Positions 29,795 to 42,920 of a DNA stretch of 64,000 bases are shown here, piece after piece. The translations under genes were made by a program, and so were the position numbers. The notes beneath the pieces are model-generated. The model saw only the letters and a list, made by a program, of their open reading frames with translations. It was not told the DNA's origin and did not search any database. Every line of letters begins with the position of its first letter. The stretch's first letter is position 1. Origin of the DNA: an uncultured Planctomycetota bacterium (GTDB lineage: Bacteria > Planctomycetota > Planctomycetia > Gemmatales > Gemmataceae); NCBI GenBank assembly GCA_963849325.1, contig CAWKHF010000012.1:832001-896000 (forward strand). Direction: 5' to 3'.

Positions 29795-30846
29795 TCAACC
29801 ACCGACCTGCACGACCGGAGCGGTGGAGACCTTTTCCTTGAGAACCTTCTCGAAGACCAGCTTGTAGACCTGCTCCAGTCGCGGCAGCGGCGCCGTCGCC
29901 AACAGGAGATGAACCCGGCCCGGGTTGCTCAGCTGTGGATGACGGCCGGAGCGGCCGGCGCACGCCAGCTCCATGCCGTGCTCGCGCGCAAACGCTCGAC
30001 GTGGGCCTTGCGCCAGAACAGCCGTAGGCGGACCTCGGTTTTGACGTCCTCCAGCAGGGCCAGCTTCGAGGTTTCGACGACCCAGCGCGCCTCGCGCAGC
30101 AGGACGTCGGCCTTGACCGGCCCGGCGATGATGTGCAGGACACGCCCTTCGGACGTGCAGAAATAGCTGGCGACATTGCCGCCCTGCTTCTGGCCGCCGT
30201 TGATCGTGAAGGTGCCGACCTTCTGATAGGTCGCCACAAAAGAACCGTTGAGATACTTGCCGACTTCCGGATTGGTCAATGCGTTCACACGGAACGCCTC
30301 GGCGTTGTTTCAGGTGAAGCAGGAGTCTTCAAAGTTCCCGGAGATGTGCATGACGAACAGCAGCTTCTTGTCGCGTCGGGCCAGCTGCGCCGCAGCCTCC
30401 GGGTTGTTGAGAAAAAGCACCTGCGTGCCATACGTTTCGCCGGTGGGCGGAGCGGCCGGTGCTTGCGCGGCCGGGATGGGCTTTTGGACGGGGGCCTTCT
30501 TCGGCCCCAGCGGTACAAGCGGCGGAGGCGCCTCCTCGATTAACGGCAGGCGGGAGAGCAGCACATCCTGCCGGTCGGCAGGATGGACGGCCGGCGTTAC
30601 CTCGATGGGCGGGACCGGCTCGGGTGGTTGCGCCTCGGCCTCGGACGAGGGAGTGAGGGCCGCGATGGTCGCAGCCGGCGCGGCGGCCTGCGAGGGCGTC
30701 TTGTGTGGATGCGTGACAATCCAGGCGATGACGCTGACCAGCAGCGCGAACGAAACGGCGACCGCCGCAACGATGGCCGACCCGTTGACGAGAGAGTTCC
30801 TCCTGGACGGTGGGTTGAACAACTGGGGCGGAGGGTGCGAGGACAC
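29795..30846 (-). CDS. Membrane-anchored thioredoxin-fold protein, probable selenoprotein (CxxU), plus a late frameshift
   Basis: ORFs 30310-31011 and 29929-30288 are in frame across TGA(30312-30310): HISGNFEDSCFT-TGA-NNAEAFRVNALTNPEVGKYLN; GGAGG RBS before GTG 30846. Confidence 0.75.
30281..30297 (-). promoter_or_regulatory. Candidate bacterial SECIS hairpin
   Basis: GCGTTC-CGTGT-GAACGC begins 12 nt after the TGA. Confidence 0.55.
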
Positions 30847-31082
30847 GGCGTAATCCTCCAGTGCAAATCGGTTCGGCCTGTCCGGCCGAGGACCGAGGGG
30901 CCGGGGCGAAGGCTGTGGCCTGGCCGACGTTTGTCGCCGGGGGGCCACGGGAAGCGCAAAACGAACGCCGCATAGAGGAGGGCTTGCGCGGTTTTGTTCG
31001 TCGCGTGACAAGTCCTCTACCTGGGTACAACCCGTGACGCACGGGTTCGTTGGCGCATCCCCTTCGCCTTCGGACTGGAGGA

Positions 31083-31388
31083 CTAAAGACGGATGTTTTC
31101 ACTCCATCGCCGCTGTTCCGGATCGGGCTCATTCCCAAGCGAATCGCGCGGTTGTGTCCCTCTCTCTCCCTGGGGTGGCTGCACGATGAAAAAGGAGATC
31201 GGCCCGACGATTGGGGCGACCACGATCCAGATGGTCCACAGGACGCGGGCCGTGGCCTCGATCCGCGAGAGGCGCAGGTTCCACAAGGCGGCGAGGTCCA
31301 GGCCAATGACGAAGAACCAGAAGGCTCCGAAGGCCAGTATCTCAAGAGGGTGTGACCCGAACATCAGTGTCTCAATACCATTGGACAT
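31083..31388 (-). CDS. Small membrane protein (PLDc_N-like)
   Basis: RBS AAGGAG; two TM helices, LWTIWIVVAPIVGPISFF. Confidence 0.55.
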   Translation of the reverse strand: MSNGIETLMFGSHPLEILAFGAFWFFVIGLDLAALWNLRLSRIEATARVLWTIWIVVAPIVGPISFFIVQPPQGERGTQPRDSLGNEPDPEQRRWSENIRL

Positions 31389-31435
31389 GATATGCTCCTT
31401 CGGACGTTGAGTTGGCGATACCGAACACGGCGCGA

Positions 31436-32470
31436 TCAGACATTCTGCGTCCGTCCGGCCTGGGCGGCCTGGTAAAAGGCGAAGATGGTTCGTAGGACGT
31501 GCAGTCCTTCCTCGCCGCTGATCGGCGCTTCCTCCAGGCCGGCGCTGGCGCGCACGGCGGCGCGGACAAACGGCGTGTAGCCGCCCTGACCTCTAGCATA
31601 CTCGAAACGCTGCACCTTCGGCTCTTTCGTCCCTTTCGTGCTGTACCACTCCAGCGGCAACTCCTCGAAGCTGGCAAGACGAAGCCAACCGTGCTCGCCC
31701 CAGACCTGGAGGTGCGATTGTTTGCCCTTATCGAGATAATAGCCAGCGGTCATGGTGCCGAAAGTACCGTTGTCGAAGCGCAGGGCAACGGCGGCGGAGT
31801 CCTCGATGTCCAGCGGTTGCCCGCCGACGACGCCGGCGAAGCCGCACGTCTGCCGGACCTTCAACCCGGTGATGAAGAGGGCGAGATCGAGCCAGTGGAT
31901 GCCGAGCCAGATCAGGTTGCCGCCGCCGCCCCGTGCCTTGACGCAGTACCATTCCTTGCGATACGACTCGCGTTTCAGGCGCGTCTGGTCCGCCACCAGA
32001 TGCACCTCGACGGCGTAGACCTTGCCCAGCAGACCGTCGCGGACGATGCGCCGCGCCTCGCGCACCGGGGCATGGACGCGATTGGCCAGGGCGAGCATGA
32101 GATGGCGATGCTTTTGCTGGGCCTTGCGGACCAGGGCGGCGAAGTCCTCGGCGCGGACGCAGGATGGCTTCTCGCAGAAGACGTGACAGCCAGACTCCAG
32201 GGCCGCGTCGATCGCCGGCGGCGCCAGGCGAGCTTCCATGCTCACCAGCGCCATCGATGGCTGCTCCTTGTGGAGCATTTCGCCCACGTCCTTGTAAGTC
32301 GCTTTGAGCTTCGCTCCGAGCGCCTTCTGGGCCAGGGCAATCGTTTGGCCGCTCGGATCGGCCACAACGACGGACTCGGCTTCCTTCGTCCGTGCCAGCG
32401 CCGGAAAGTATGCGTCCAGGTGAGCGCCCTGGGCGTGCGTGATGACACCGACCTTGATCGTCTCGGCCAT
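31436..32470 (-). CDS. Gfo/Idh/MocA oxidoreductase
   Basis: HVFCEKP, GGGNLIWLGIHWLD. Confidence 0.9.
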   Translation of the reverse strand: MAETIKVGVITHAQGAHLDAYFPALARTKEAESVVVADPSGQTIALAQKALGAKLKATYKDVGEMLHKEQPSMALVSMEARLAPPAIDAALESGCHVFCEKPSCVRAEDFAALVRKAQQKHRHLMLALANRVHAPVREARRIVRDGLLGKVYAVEVHLVADQTRLKRESYRKEWYCVKARGGGGNLIWLGIHWLDLALFITGLKVRQTCGFAGVVGGQPLDIEDSAAVALRFDNGTFGTMTAGYYLDKGKQSHLQVWGEHGWLRLASFEELPLEWYSTKGTKEPKVQRFEYARGQGGYTPFVRAAVRASAGLEEAPISGEEGLHVLRTIFAFYQAAQAGRTQNV

Positions 32471-32490
32471 GTTCGTCTCGCGGTTTGGTT

Positions 32491-32539
32491 TCGCCGCGAC
32501 GCGCAGCGGAAGCGCGCTCCGCTGCGCGTCGCGGCGAAA
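32491..32539. repeat. REP-like palindrome
   Basis: TTCGCCGCGACGCGCAGCGGA..TCCGCTGCGCGTCGCGGCGAA; half copy near 40122. Confidence 0.7.
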
Positions 32540-32561
32540 CGGGAATTGGTTCCACGACGAT

Positions 32562-33272
32562 CTATTCCTTGATCGTCGTCATCTTGTCCTCGGGAAACGT
32601 GGTCAATTTGAGGTCCTTGAAGTGGACTTCCTGCGGCACGCCGTTGGAATGCAATTGTAGACCGATCGGCCCTTCCTTGATGCGATTCGGCTCGGGATCG
32701 CGCCAGTCCACGACCAGCTTGCCGTTGACGCCCACGCGCACGCGGTTGCCCTGGGCGAGAATCTCCAGGTCATTCCAGTCGTGCTGCTTGCCAGCCTTCT
32801 TCGCTGGCCCGCCGGGCACCGGCAGACCGTTTCGGCCATACAGGTCGTACATGCCCCAGCCGGACGGGAACATGACCAGATGGCCAGCGTAGGTATACTT
32901 GTCGCCCTTCTCCGGCGCGACGCGGCCCCAGAAGGCGATGCCGGAGTGCATCTCGGACTGCACCAGCTTGACCGTCGCCGTCAGCCGGAAATCGCTGTAC
33001 TTGTCCTTCGTCAGCAGGTAAGTGCTGACCTTGATCGGCTTGGTGTTCTTGGCGACGATGACGCCGTCCTGGACCGACCAGAGATCCGCGTGGCCCTCCC
33101 AACCGTCCAGGTTTTTGCCGTTGAAGAGCTTGATCGTCTTCGATTCGCCCTTGCGCGGCGGGACGACAGGGGCTTCTTTCTTGTCCTTGTCGGCGGTCTG
33201 CGCGACCGTCAGCGACAGGACGAGGCAGGGTCCGGCCAGCCCGGCGAGAATGGAGAACCGTGTGCGTTTCAT
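32562..33272 (-). CDS. DUF1080 / 3-keto-disaccharide hydrolase family
   Basis: Signal peptide, LFNGKNLDGW, WSVQDG, GPIGLQLH, FKDL. Confidence 0.9.
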   Translation of the reverse strand: MKRTRFSILAGLAGPCLVLSLTVAQTADKDKKEAPVVPPRKGESKTIKLFNGKNLDGWEGHADLWSVQDGVIVAKNTKPIKVSTYLLTKDKYSDFRLTATVKLVQSEMHSGIAFWGRVAPEKGDKYTYAGHLVMFPSGWGMYDLYGRNGLPVPGGPAKKAGKQHDWNDLEILAQGNRVRVGVNGKLVVDWRDPEPNRIKEGPIGLQLHSNGVPQEVHFKDLKLTTFPEDKMTTIKE

Positions 33273-33350
33273 GGAGCGCCTCCTAACAGGGTGTGATGGT
33301 CCCGGCGCGACGATACCACCCGCCCGGAAGCGATGCAACGAGTTTCCAGG

Positions 33351-34514
33351 TTACTTTTCGCGCCGGCCGGGGACGAGATAGCGCAAGAATTGCAGACCGA
33401 GGAACACAACGATCAGCGGCACGATCAACCAGCCCACCTTCGGCCACCACACCGACAGGATCAACAGCAGCAGCACGGCCCACACCAGGGAACAGCCAAC
33501 CAGCGTCATGGTGCCCTTGAAGCCGACTTCCTCGGTCGCTTCCGGATATTCCAGCACGCTCGAACGCCGTCGTTCGACGCTGCGCCGGGCGGCGTCGTCC
33601 AGCTCCAGGGCGCGGATGGCGTCCTGCCAGCTCAAACCCTGCCGCTCCGCCGAGCGAGCTTCGATCATGCGCTCGAATGTGTCGATCAGCACCGGCCACG
33701 GATCCCAGCGTTCCCAGTATTCTTCATGCACTTGTCCGTTGGCGTCGCGCCAGTCCAGAAAGGCCGGGCCGTTCCAGCCCAACGGAAACAGCAGCTCGAC
33801 GCGGCCGGCGCTGCCGATCGCGGTCAGGCGCCACGCGGCTCCTTTTCGCCCGGCAACAAGGTGACGTGAAACAGCCCGCCGCGCTCGAATCGCCCGGCCA
33901 GCAGCACCGGCTCGCCCTCGCGCAACTCCTCGCGCTGGGCGAAGGCGGACACCTCCTGGATCTCGCCGCCCACGGTGCGAAGAATGTCCCAGCCGGGGAA
34001 CGCCGGTTTCTGGCCGGCAATCCAGAACGCCGTCGAGCACCTCGCCGGTCGCGCCGCGTTCCATCTCCAGCAGGCGGAAGGAGCCGATCGGCGCGGCGGC
34101 CTCGTCCTTGCGGTGGAGGAAGTCGGCGAGGCGGCGGAAGGCGGGATGCGTCGCCTCGGGCAACAGCGGCAGCAACACGCAGCCAGTGTCGTTGCGGATC
34201 ATCGCCGCCTCGTAGGCGATCTCCGGCGTCTGGTCGGCGGGGTGGACGCAAAGAACGTGACGCTCCGATTGCAGAGCGCGACGGAGTTGGGCCGGACGCA
34301 CGGTCCCAGCGCCAGCGACGAGGACCGCCTCGACAGCGGGGTCGGCCAGCACCTCTTCCACGTCGCCAACTCGGCGCGCCTCGCCGCCCCAGCGGCGCAG
34401 CACGTCCTCGCTCACGGGCGCCGTGTAAGCGATGACGCGATGACGGCCGGACTGTGCCAGGGCGCCGGCCATTTCCACGCCGTCGGGGTGGTCTCCCAGT
34501 AACGCGAAGCGCAT
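33351..34514 (-). CDS. Degenerate Gfo/Idh/MocA-like protein with C-terminal TM helices (frameshifted)
   Basis: Rossmann-like N-terminus EEVLADPAVEAV; two C-terminal TMs. Confidence 0.55.
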   Translation of the reverse strand: MRFALLGDHPDGVEMAGALAQSGRHRVIAYTAPVSEDVLRRWGGEARRVGDVEEVLADPAVEAVLVAGAGTVRPAQLRRALQSERHVLCVHPADQTPEIAYEAAMIRNDTGCVLLPLLPEATHPAFRRLADFLHRKDEAAAPIGSFRLLEMERGATGEVLDGVLDCRPETGVPRLGHSSHRGRRDPGGVRLRPARGVARGRAGAAGRAIRARRAVSRHLVAGRKGAAWRLTAIGSAGRVELLFPLGWNGPAFLDWRDANGQVHEEYWERWDPWPVLIDTFERMIEARSAERQGLSWQDAIRALELDDAARRSVERRRSSVLEYPEATEEVGFKGTMTLVGCSLVWAVLLLLILSVWWPKVGWLIVPLIVVFLGLQFLRYLVPGRREK

Positions 34515-34531
34515 GCTTCCATCCTCGTAGC

Positions 34532-34607
34532 GATCAGCAATCAGCGGTCAGCAATCAGCAAAGACCACATTGCTGATTGCTGACCGCTGATTGCTGATCG
34601 CTGATCG
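34532..34607. repeat. Inverted heptamer repeats (ATCAGCA/TGCTGAT)
   Basis: GATCAGCAATCAGCGGTCAGCAATCAGCA..TGCTGATTGCTGACCGCTGATTGCTGATC. Confidence 0.8.
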
Positions 34608-37600
34608 CTACTTCTTCGGCTTCGTCGTGACACCGAGTTTTTCCAGGTCGGCCCCGGGGACTTTCGCTCCGACGAGGCGTTCGAGCGGCCAGCTCTCCGC
34701 GTCGAGAGTGTGCGCCGTGGCCAGGTAAAGCTGGGCGTGTCGCAGGGCCGGCGTCCCCCACCATTCGACCCAGGTTGTGTGCTCCTGTCGTTTCTCCGGC
34801 GGAGGTTTGTCGGCGGTGGCGGCAGCGAACCAGAGCCGGCGGTCGAAGGCGTCATTGTCGCTCTGCCACACGAGCAGGCCGCGCGACAGACCCTCGCCAT
34901 CGTACAACACCAGGCCGGCCTGGCTAGGTAGGCTAACCACGCCGGCGCGACGGCGGAATAGGTTGAGGAAGGCGCAGTCGTGCGTCTGCACCACGGCCGG
35001 CTCTTCCGGCGCGGCCGCTCGCGGATCGTCGGCGACGTGGACGACGGAGCCGCGCCCCGCCACGGTGGCGTGGTCGAAGAGACACTGCACGTTCGTCTTC
35101 CAGGCGAAGGGTCGAGATGTGCCGGGCGGCGAAGCTCGCGGAGGGTTAGTCTCGAACGTCAGACGGATCGCGTCCTCGCCGGCGATCAACAGCGTCTGCG
35201 TCAGCAGGACGCGGGCGCCGACGCCCTGGACGTGGATGCCGGTGCGACCGGAGACGAGGATCGTTTCGTTGACGACGCAAGAGCGACGCGCGCTCGGCGG
35301 CGGTATCGCCAGAGCCGTCAAGGACGATCAGGCCGCGGAAGGCCGACCCCTGGTTCTTCGGCGGCACTTCCAGACGGCTGCGGAACAGGCGGATGTCGCC
35401 GCCGCGAACCTTGAGCAGCCAGGGCAGCACCCGCGCCTCGGCGGCGTCGGAGAAGCGAAAACTGCCGTTGAGAATGTCGAGGCTCCCCTGCTCGATTTCG
35501 AGGAGCGCGTCCGGCGTTCCTTGGCCGGTGGGAACGAGGGTCAGCCGCTCGGACTTCTCGGCCGGCGGGCCGGAGGACTTCTCGGCCGGCGGCTCGAAGT
35601 AGAGCACCAGGCTGCTGCCCTTGAGGCGGATCGGCGACGTGAAGCGTTCGCCGCTGCCGGTGAGGTGGAGTACGACCAGGGCGCGAGCCGTCGCGTCTGC
35701 TGGACGTTTTGCAGATAGGCGCCGAGGTCGATCTGATTGAGGTCCAGCCGTTCGCCGTGATAGAGCGTGTCGGCGGGGGCGGGGATCTCGGGAGGGCCAG
35801 GGTCGTCGGGCACGGCGGGCGCCACGATGGCGAAGCGATCGAATGTCAGCGACAGCCAATTGTCACGCACCGGCGGCAGGGCGTCCAGGTCGCAGCCGAG
35901 CGGCTGGTCGGTGGCCGTGCTGGCGGCGAAGGCGACGAGAGAGTCGGCCGTGCCATACGTCCCGGAGGGCGTCTCGGCCGGCTCGGGAGGGCTGACTGTC
36001 GGCCAGGCTTCTGGAATCGCCACGTCGCCCTCGATGCGTCCCCACCGACGCCGCCAGGCGGACACGTCCGACCCCGCAATCGACGGTTTGCCCGCCAACA
36101 AAGTCTCCCAGCCGGCGTACAGACAGTTGATTGCGCGCCAACCCATTTGCTGCGTGCCGACATCGCTAGTCAGCCGCAGCAACTCGCCGCCGACCTGACG
36201 GGTCTTGCGGCTGAGGAGCGTGTCCCAGCCCAGCCACTGAAAAGCGGGTTCGCGGTCGGTCTCCTTGGCCGGCCCCAGGGTCAACAGCTCCTTGCCGCAG
36301 ATCATCGTCGAGCGCACTGCCGTGAGATGCGTGGGCGGCTCCGTGCCGGCCCGAACCTGCAACAACGGCCGATCGCCGCCGACAAGTAAGCAGTTGTCGA
36401 AGAGAACATGGGCCGCAGGCGCGTTCAGGTCCAGGACCGACAGCCCCGTCCCCCGAACGTAAGAGCGGCTAAAGCGGCAACGGCGGCCGTCTTTACTTCC
36501 GCCCGAGACGGAGGGAGGCGTCGCGGTGAAGCGCGCCAGCGTCACGCCGTCGCGCGGCTTGCCGGCGACGGAGAAGGTACAGCCGCTGACGGTCAAATCG
36601 CCGTCCTCGATGCGCAGAACGGCCGCGCCTTCGGACGGCGCCTCGGGCCAACGCAGGGCCACGTGGAGGTCTTGCAGAGTCAGGCTGCCGTGCTTGACGT
36701 CGAGGAAGACGAGCGGACCCGCTTCCTCGGTTCGCTGCCCCCTGGTCCGGCCGCGGCGTTCGTCGAGCGTCCGTTGCACGTCCCAGACGAGAAGCGGGCG
36801 GTAGCCTTTGCCGGGACGAAGGACCAGGCTGCGGTCGGCGACGACGGCCGGTACGTCGAAGAAGGGACCGTTGTCCCGTAATTCAATGACGCCGATCGCG
36901 CCGGCGGGGATGGCCTTGCAAGCGTCGGCGAGAGAGCGGAAGGTGTTGCCGGCGCCGGCGGACGACAGCCGACCGACGACCAGTTCGACCGTTGGCGCTG
37001 CCGGGGGAGGCGTGGCCCAGGGCGCTTCGATCTCCTTTCTCAGTGCGGCGAAATCGACGGGGTTGGCCGGCGGATAGAGGACCGGCCAGGTCGGTTTCTT
37101 CGGCGGGACCACGACCGGCGGCAGCCTGTCCGGCTTCTCGTCCGGTCGCGGCTTCGGGCTCGGCGGCCTGGGAGACACATCAATAGGAGGAGTCGTCGTC
37201 AACACGACCGGCGTGGGTTCCTCGGCGTGCGGTCCTCCCCGGTGGGCGCGGCGCAGGGACAGAACGATGCTCAATCCCACGGCCAGGAGGAGGGCGGCGC
37301 CGGCGACGGCGTGCCAGAAATACGGAGGCAGCGTCTCGGCGGCGGAGGGCAGGTCCACGGCCGTGGACTTGCGGGCGGCCAAGTCCGCGCGTGTGTGGCT
37401 CCGCGAGGGGGGCGGGGTCTTTCGGCCGTCGCTGGTTCGCCGACTCTTCTTCACGCCGCGCGTCGGCGTCGCGGCCGGCGCCACGGGCGCCGCCTCTTCT
37501 TCCTTCGCCAGACCCTCCAGCAAGTCATCGGTGGACAGCGGCGCCTCGCCCCGGGCAAGGGCTTCCAGGTCGCGCAACAACTCCGCCGGCGTCTGGTAAC

Positions 37601-38408
37601 GCTGCGACGGCGCTTTTGCCAGCAAGCGATGCACGATGACGGCCATCGGCCCGGACACGCGCGGATTGAACCGCCGCACGTCCTGCGGCTCCTCGTTGAG
37701 GATGCGGTTCAGCCGTTCGCCCAGTCCGCCCTTGGGGAAAGGAGCATGGCCGGCCAGCAGGTGATACCAGGTGCTGCCCAGCGAATACAGGTCGCTGCGA
37801 ATGTCCGCCAGGCCGCTGTCGCGCGCCTGCTCCGGGGCCATGTAGTCCAGCGTGCCGACCGTCGTCCCCGCTCGGGTGACGCGAAACTCGTCGTTGCCGG
37901 CCTCGCGGGCCAGACCGAGGTCGGTCATCTTGACCACCAGCCGCTCACCCTGGCGGCAGATGAGGAAGTTCGACGGCTTGATGTCGCGGTGGATGACTCC
38001 CTGCTCGTAGGCGTGGTCGAGAGCGCGGCAGCCTTGCAGGATGATTTGCAGTGCCTCGTCGGGGTCGAGAGGCCCTTTGCGATTGACGTATTCGTGCAGG
38101 TCGATGCCGTCGATGAACTCCATGGCGAGGAAATAGGTGCGGTTGGCCTCGCCGAATTCGTAGAGCGTGACGACGTTTTCGTGACGGAGCTTGGCGGCGT
38201 GGCGGGCTTCGCGGCGGAAGCGTTCGACCATGGCCGGCTTGGCGGCCATCTCCGGCGACAGCACCTTGAGGGCGACTTCGCGGTCGTGCTCGGTGTCGCG
38301 GGCCTTGTAAACCGCTCCCATCCCGCCGGTGGCGACGTGCGACAGCACCTCATATTTGCCGATCCGGATGTTCCGGCGCGGCCCCTTGGCGGGGGGATCC
38401 GAGGACAT
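34608..38408 (-). CDS. Large membrane Ser/Thr protein kinase (frameshifts in the C-terminal part)
   Basis: GGMGAVYKA, VALKVL, HRDIKPSN, DLGLA, GTLDYMAPEQ; TM; repeated beta-rich C-terminal region. Confidence 0.9.
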
Positions 38409-38666
38409 GACGCTCCCGAGGGAATGCTGCCGTGAAGCGAGACGGTGCGGCTCTCCCCTCAGGCAGCCAGGATTCTTCTTGACTCCTGATTATAACTTCG
38501 CGGACGCAAGCCCGTCAACGAATGTGCCGGCCATTCAGGCACCTCGCCCTGCCTGCGCGGCGGCGGAATCGGCTATGATGGGAGAAACTCTCCGAGCCGC
38601 GAGCGTCAGCGAGTGGGGACGGCACCGCTCGCTGACGCTCGCGGCTCGGACCCGCCGGAGTCCTTC

Positions 38667-39972
<1,306 letters not shown>

Positions 39973-39986
39973 AGTCTGTCCGTTAA

Positions 39987-40101
39987 GCCCCTCTCCCCCG
40001 GTACTCCGGGGGAGAGGGGTTGGGGTGAGGGGGCGCGCTTTCCCCGGGTTTCTCTCCCCCTCACCCCCAACCCCTCTCCCCCGAGTACGGGGGAGAGGGG
40101 A
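39987..40101. repeat. REP-like nested palindrome between convergent genes
   Basis: CCCCTCTCCCC..GGGGAGAGGGGTTGGGGTGAGGGG / CCCCTCACCCCCAACCCCTCTCCCC. Confidence 0.8.
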
Positions 40102-40151
40102 GATTACGCAACAGACGCTTAGCCGCGACGCGCAGCGGAGCGCGACCGGTG

Positions 40152-42889
40152 TTACAGTCCATAGCGCTTCGCTGTCCGCGGATCGATGGAGCGCAGGGCG
40201 TTGGCCGCTTCCTTTCGTACCGCCGCCACGTTGTCTTGCAGCAGGGGCAGCAGCACCGGGACGGCCTCGCGCGCCTTGGGACCGAGATTGCCCACGCCCG
40301 AGCGATCATCCCTCGCGTGCTCGGGTCGCGGTCGCGGAGGGCACCCGCCAGGACGAGCACGACCTGCAACGTCCGCTCCGGCTCGATGCGCACCAGCAGC
40401 GTCGAGGCATTGAGGCGGACGCCGGCGCTCTCGCCATTCAGCTCGGCGACCAGCATGTGTACGGCCGCTCGGGCCTCCTCCGGGTCCAACTCGATGAGTC
40501 CCTCCACGGCCCGGAAGCGCGTGACCGGATACTGCGGCGGCCGGCTCAGGGCGACGAGGATCGGTACGAACGTCCTTGGTGTGCGTCCGGTCGATGCGCG
40601 TCAACGAGTCGATGGCGGCCAACTGCACTCCCGGATACGGGTCGTCGAGGGCGTCGCGCAGGGCCGGCACCGACTCGACGGACTTGGGATCGATGCGTCC
40701 CAGGGCCAGGGCGGCGGCGTAACGAACGTCCTTTTCCGGATCCATGAGGCACTCGCGCAGCGGCAGACGGGCCTCCTTGGCGGCCGGACCAAGGTGCCCC
40801 AGGGCCAGGGCGGAGGTGGCGCGGACTTCGCTCTGCCAGGCCAGCAGGTTGGCCACCAGGTACGGCACCGCGTCACGGGCCTCGGGACCAATCGCCTCGA
40901 TGGTCTCGGCGGCCCGCGAGCGCACTTCCGTGTCGGAATCCGTCAGCGCCGCCAGCACAGGGCCAAGCGCCTCCCGCGCGTCCGGCCCGAACCGATACAG
41001 CACCACGAGGGCCTTGCGACGGTACTCGGGGTTTGGATCCTTGAGCAGACCGACCAGGACCGGAATCGCCGCCGGCCCCATCTCGCTCAGGGCCATAAAG
41101 GCCGCTCCGCCCAGTTCGATGTCCTTGAGCTGTTCCGCCAGGGCGGGAGCGGCGGCCTTGGCCGCCGGGCCGAGATTGGCCAGGGCGAGCAGCGCCTCGT
41201 GGCGACGGGCATCGTCCGGCGCCTTGAGTTGCTCGATGAGGATGGGCACTACTTTGTCCGCCTGGCCGGGGTCGATGCGCACCAGGGCCACGGCGGCTCG
41301 GGAGCGCACGGCGGCGTCGGCCAGCAGGGCCGTCAGGTCGTGTACGGCGTCGCGCGCCACCGGGCCGAGTTGTCCGAGGGCGAGGGCGTAGACACCGGCG
41401 TGGGCGCGATCGCGCTGGATCGCCTGGCGCAGCGCGGGGACGGCCTGCTGTTGTGGCGGCAGCACCCAGCCCAGCGCCTCGCCGGCCAGGGCGCTACCCC
41501 GTCGCTCGTGTCCTTCAGGGCGTCGAGCAGCGCCGGCACTGCCGGCGGGCCGATGCGGGCCAGGGCGTAGCGAGCCGCGTCGCGTAGGGCATTGTCCTCG
41601 GCGGTGTTCTTGCGCGGCTTCAGGGCGGCGATCAGCGCCGGCACGGCGGCGCGAGCGTCCGGGCCGATCTCCGCCAACGCCTCGACGGCGGTGGGCGTGT
41701 CCAGGGAATCGGCCAACCGCGGTACCGCCTCGCGGGCCCGTGTCGGATCGATCTGGGCCAGGGCCAGGGCGGCGGCCAGAGCCACTGCCGGCGTTGTGTC
41801 CTTGAGCAGTCCGGCCAGGGCCGGCACGGACTCGCGGGCCACCGGGCCGATCAAGCCGAGTACCTCCGCCGCCATCCGCCGCACGGTCGCCTCGTCGTCG
41901 CGCAGGGCGGCGGTCAGCGCCGGCACGGCGAACGAGCCGATCGAGACCAGCAAGGCGCGAGCGTGCAGGGATTCCTTTTCCGTCCCCTTGGCCAGCGGAA
42001 TGAGGGCCGGCACGATCACCGGGACAGTCGGCCCCAGGTTCCACAGCGCCCAGCCGGCCGCCTTGGCGATCTCATCGCGGCTACTTCGGAAGGCTGCCAG
42101 CAGAGGCGGGACCGTCCCGGCGTCGCCGACCTGGCCCAGGACCAAACACGCCGCCGACACCACCTCCGGCCGGTCGTCCTTGAGGGCGGCGATCAGCGCC
42201 GGCACCGCCTCGCGGGCCGGCGGGCCGATCCAGAGCAAGGCGGCGGCGGCCCGCCGGCGCATTTCCGGCTTCTCGTCCTGGAGCGCCGCGCTCAGCACCA
42301 CAACGATGTCTTTCGCCGGAATGCCGATCCGTCCCAGGGCGCCGGCCGCTTCTTCGCGGAGTCCGGCAGCCGCCTGCCGTTGCTGCACAACGCCGATCAG
42401 CGCCGGCACCGCATCGGCCGCGCGAGGCCCCATCAGGCCGAGGACGCGGGCCGCCTCCTTGCCCACTTTCTCTTGCGGAAGGGCGTCGATCAGAGCGGGT
42501 ACGGCGTTCGGCCCCATGCGCACCAGGGCCGTTTCCACGCGCTCGTTGGGTCCGTCCTTCAAGGCCGCGACCAGACCGGGCGCGGCCGGCGCCCCGATCC
42601 GCACCAGGGCGGCGGCGGCGCGGCGGTGCAAGCGAATATCGCCGTCCTTCCGCGCTTCGAGCAGGACCGGCACCGCGTCGGATCCGGCATGGACCAGAGC
42701 GTCGGCCGCGCGGTCACCAATCGTATAATCGGGGTCTCTCAAGTCTCCAATCCATTGCGCCAGCGTCTTGCCCTCGTAGGTGGGCACGGTGGGTTGGCGA
42801 TAGCGATTCCACGCCAGATAGCCCAGACCCAGCAGTGGCAGCACCAGCAGCGCGACCTGGCCGAGCGTCTGCCATCGCGGGGACTTCAT
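40152..42889 (-). CDS. HEAT/PBS-lyase repeat protein (several frameshifts)
   Basis: N-terminal TM, YEGKTLAQW, many ALGRIGP.AREAVPALIAALKD repeats. Confidence 0.88.
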
Positions 42890-42920
42890 CGCATTCTCCC
42901 GTTTGCCGCCAGCGGCGCGA

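Noticed and set aside
5986-30312. Genome-wide UGA reassignment as the cause of the in-frame TGAs
   Set aside because: Conserved genes such as eno, htpG and gnd end in TGA at expected positions; the two cases fall at redox-Cys positions
40152-42889. Internal DNA repeats as a repeat array or diversity system
   Set aside because: Explained by HEAT-repeat coding sequence
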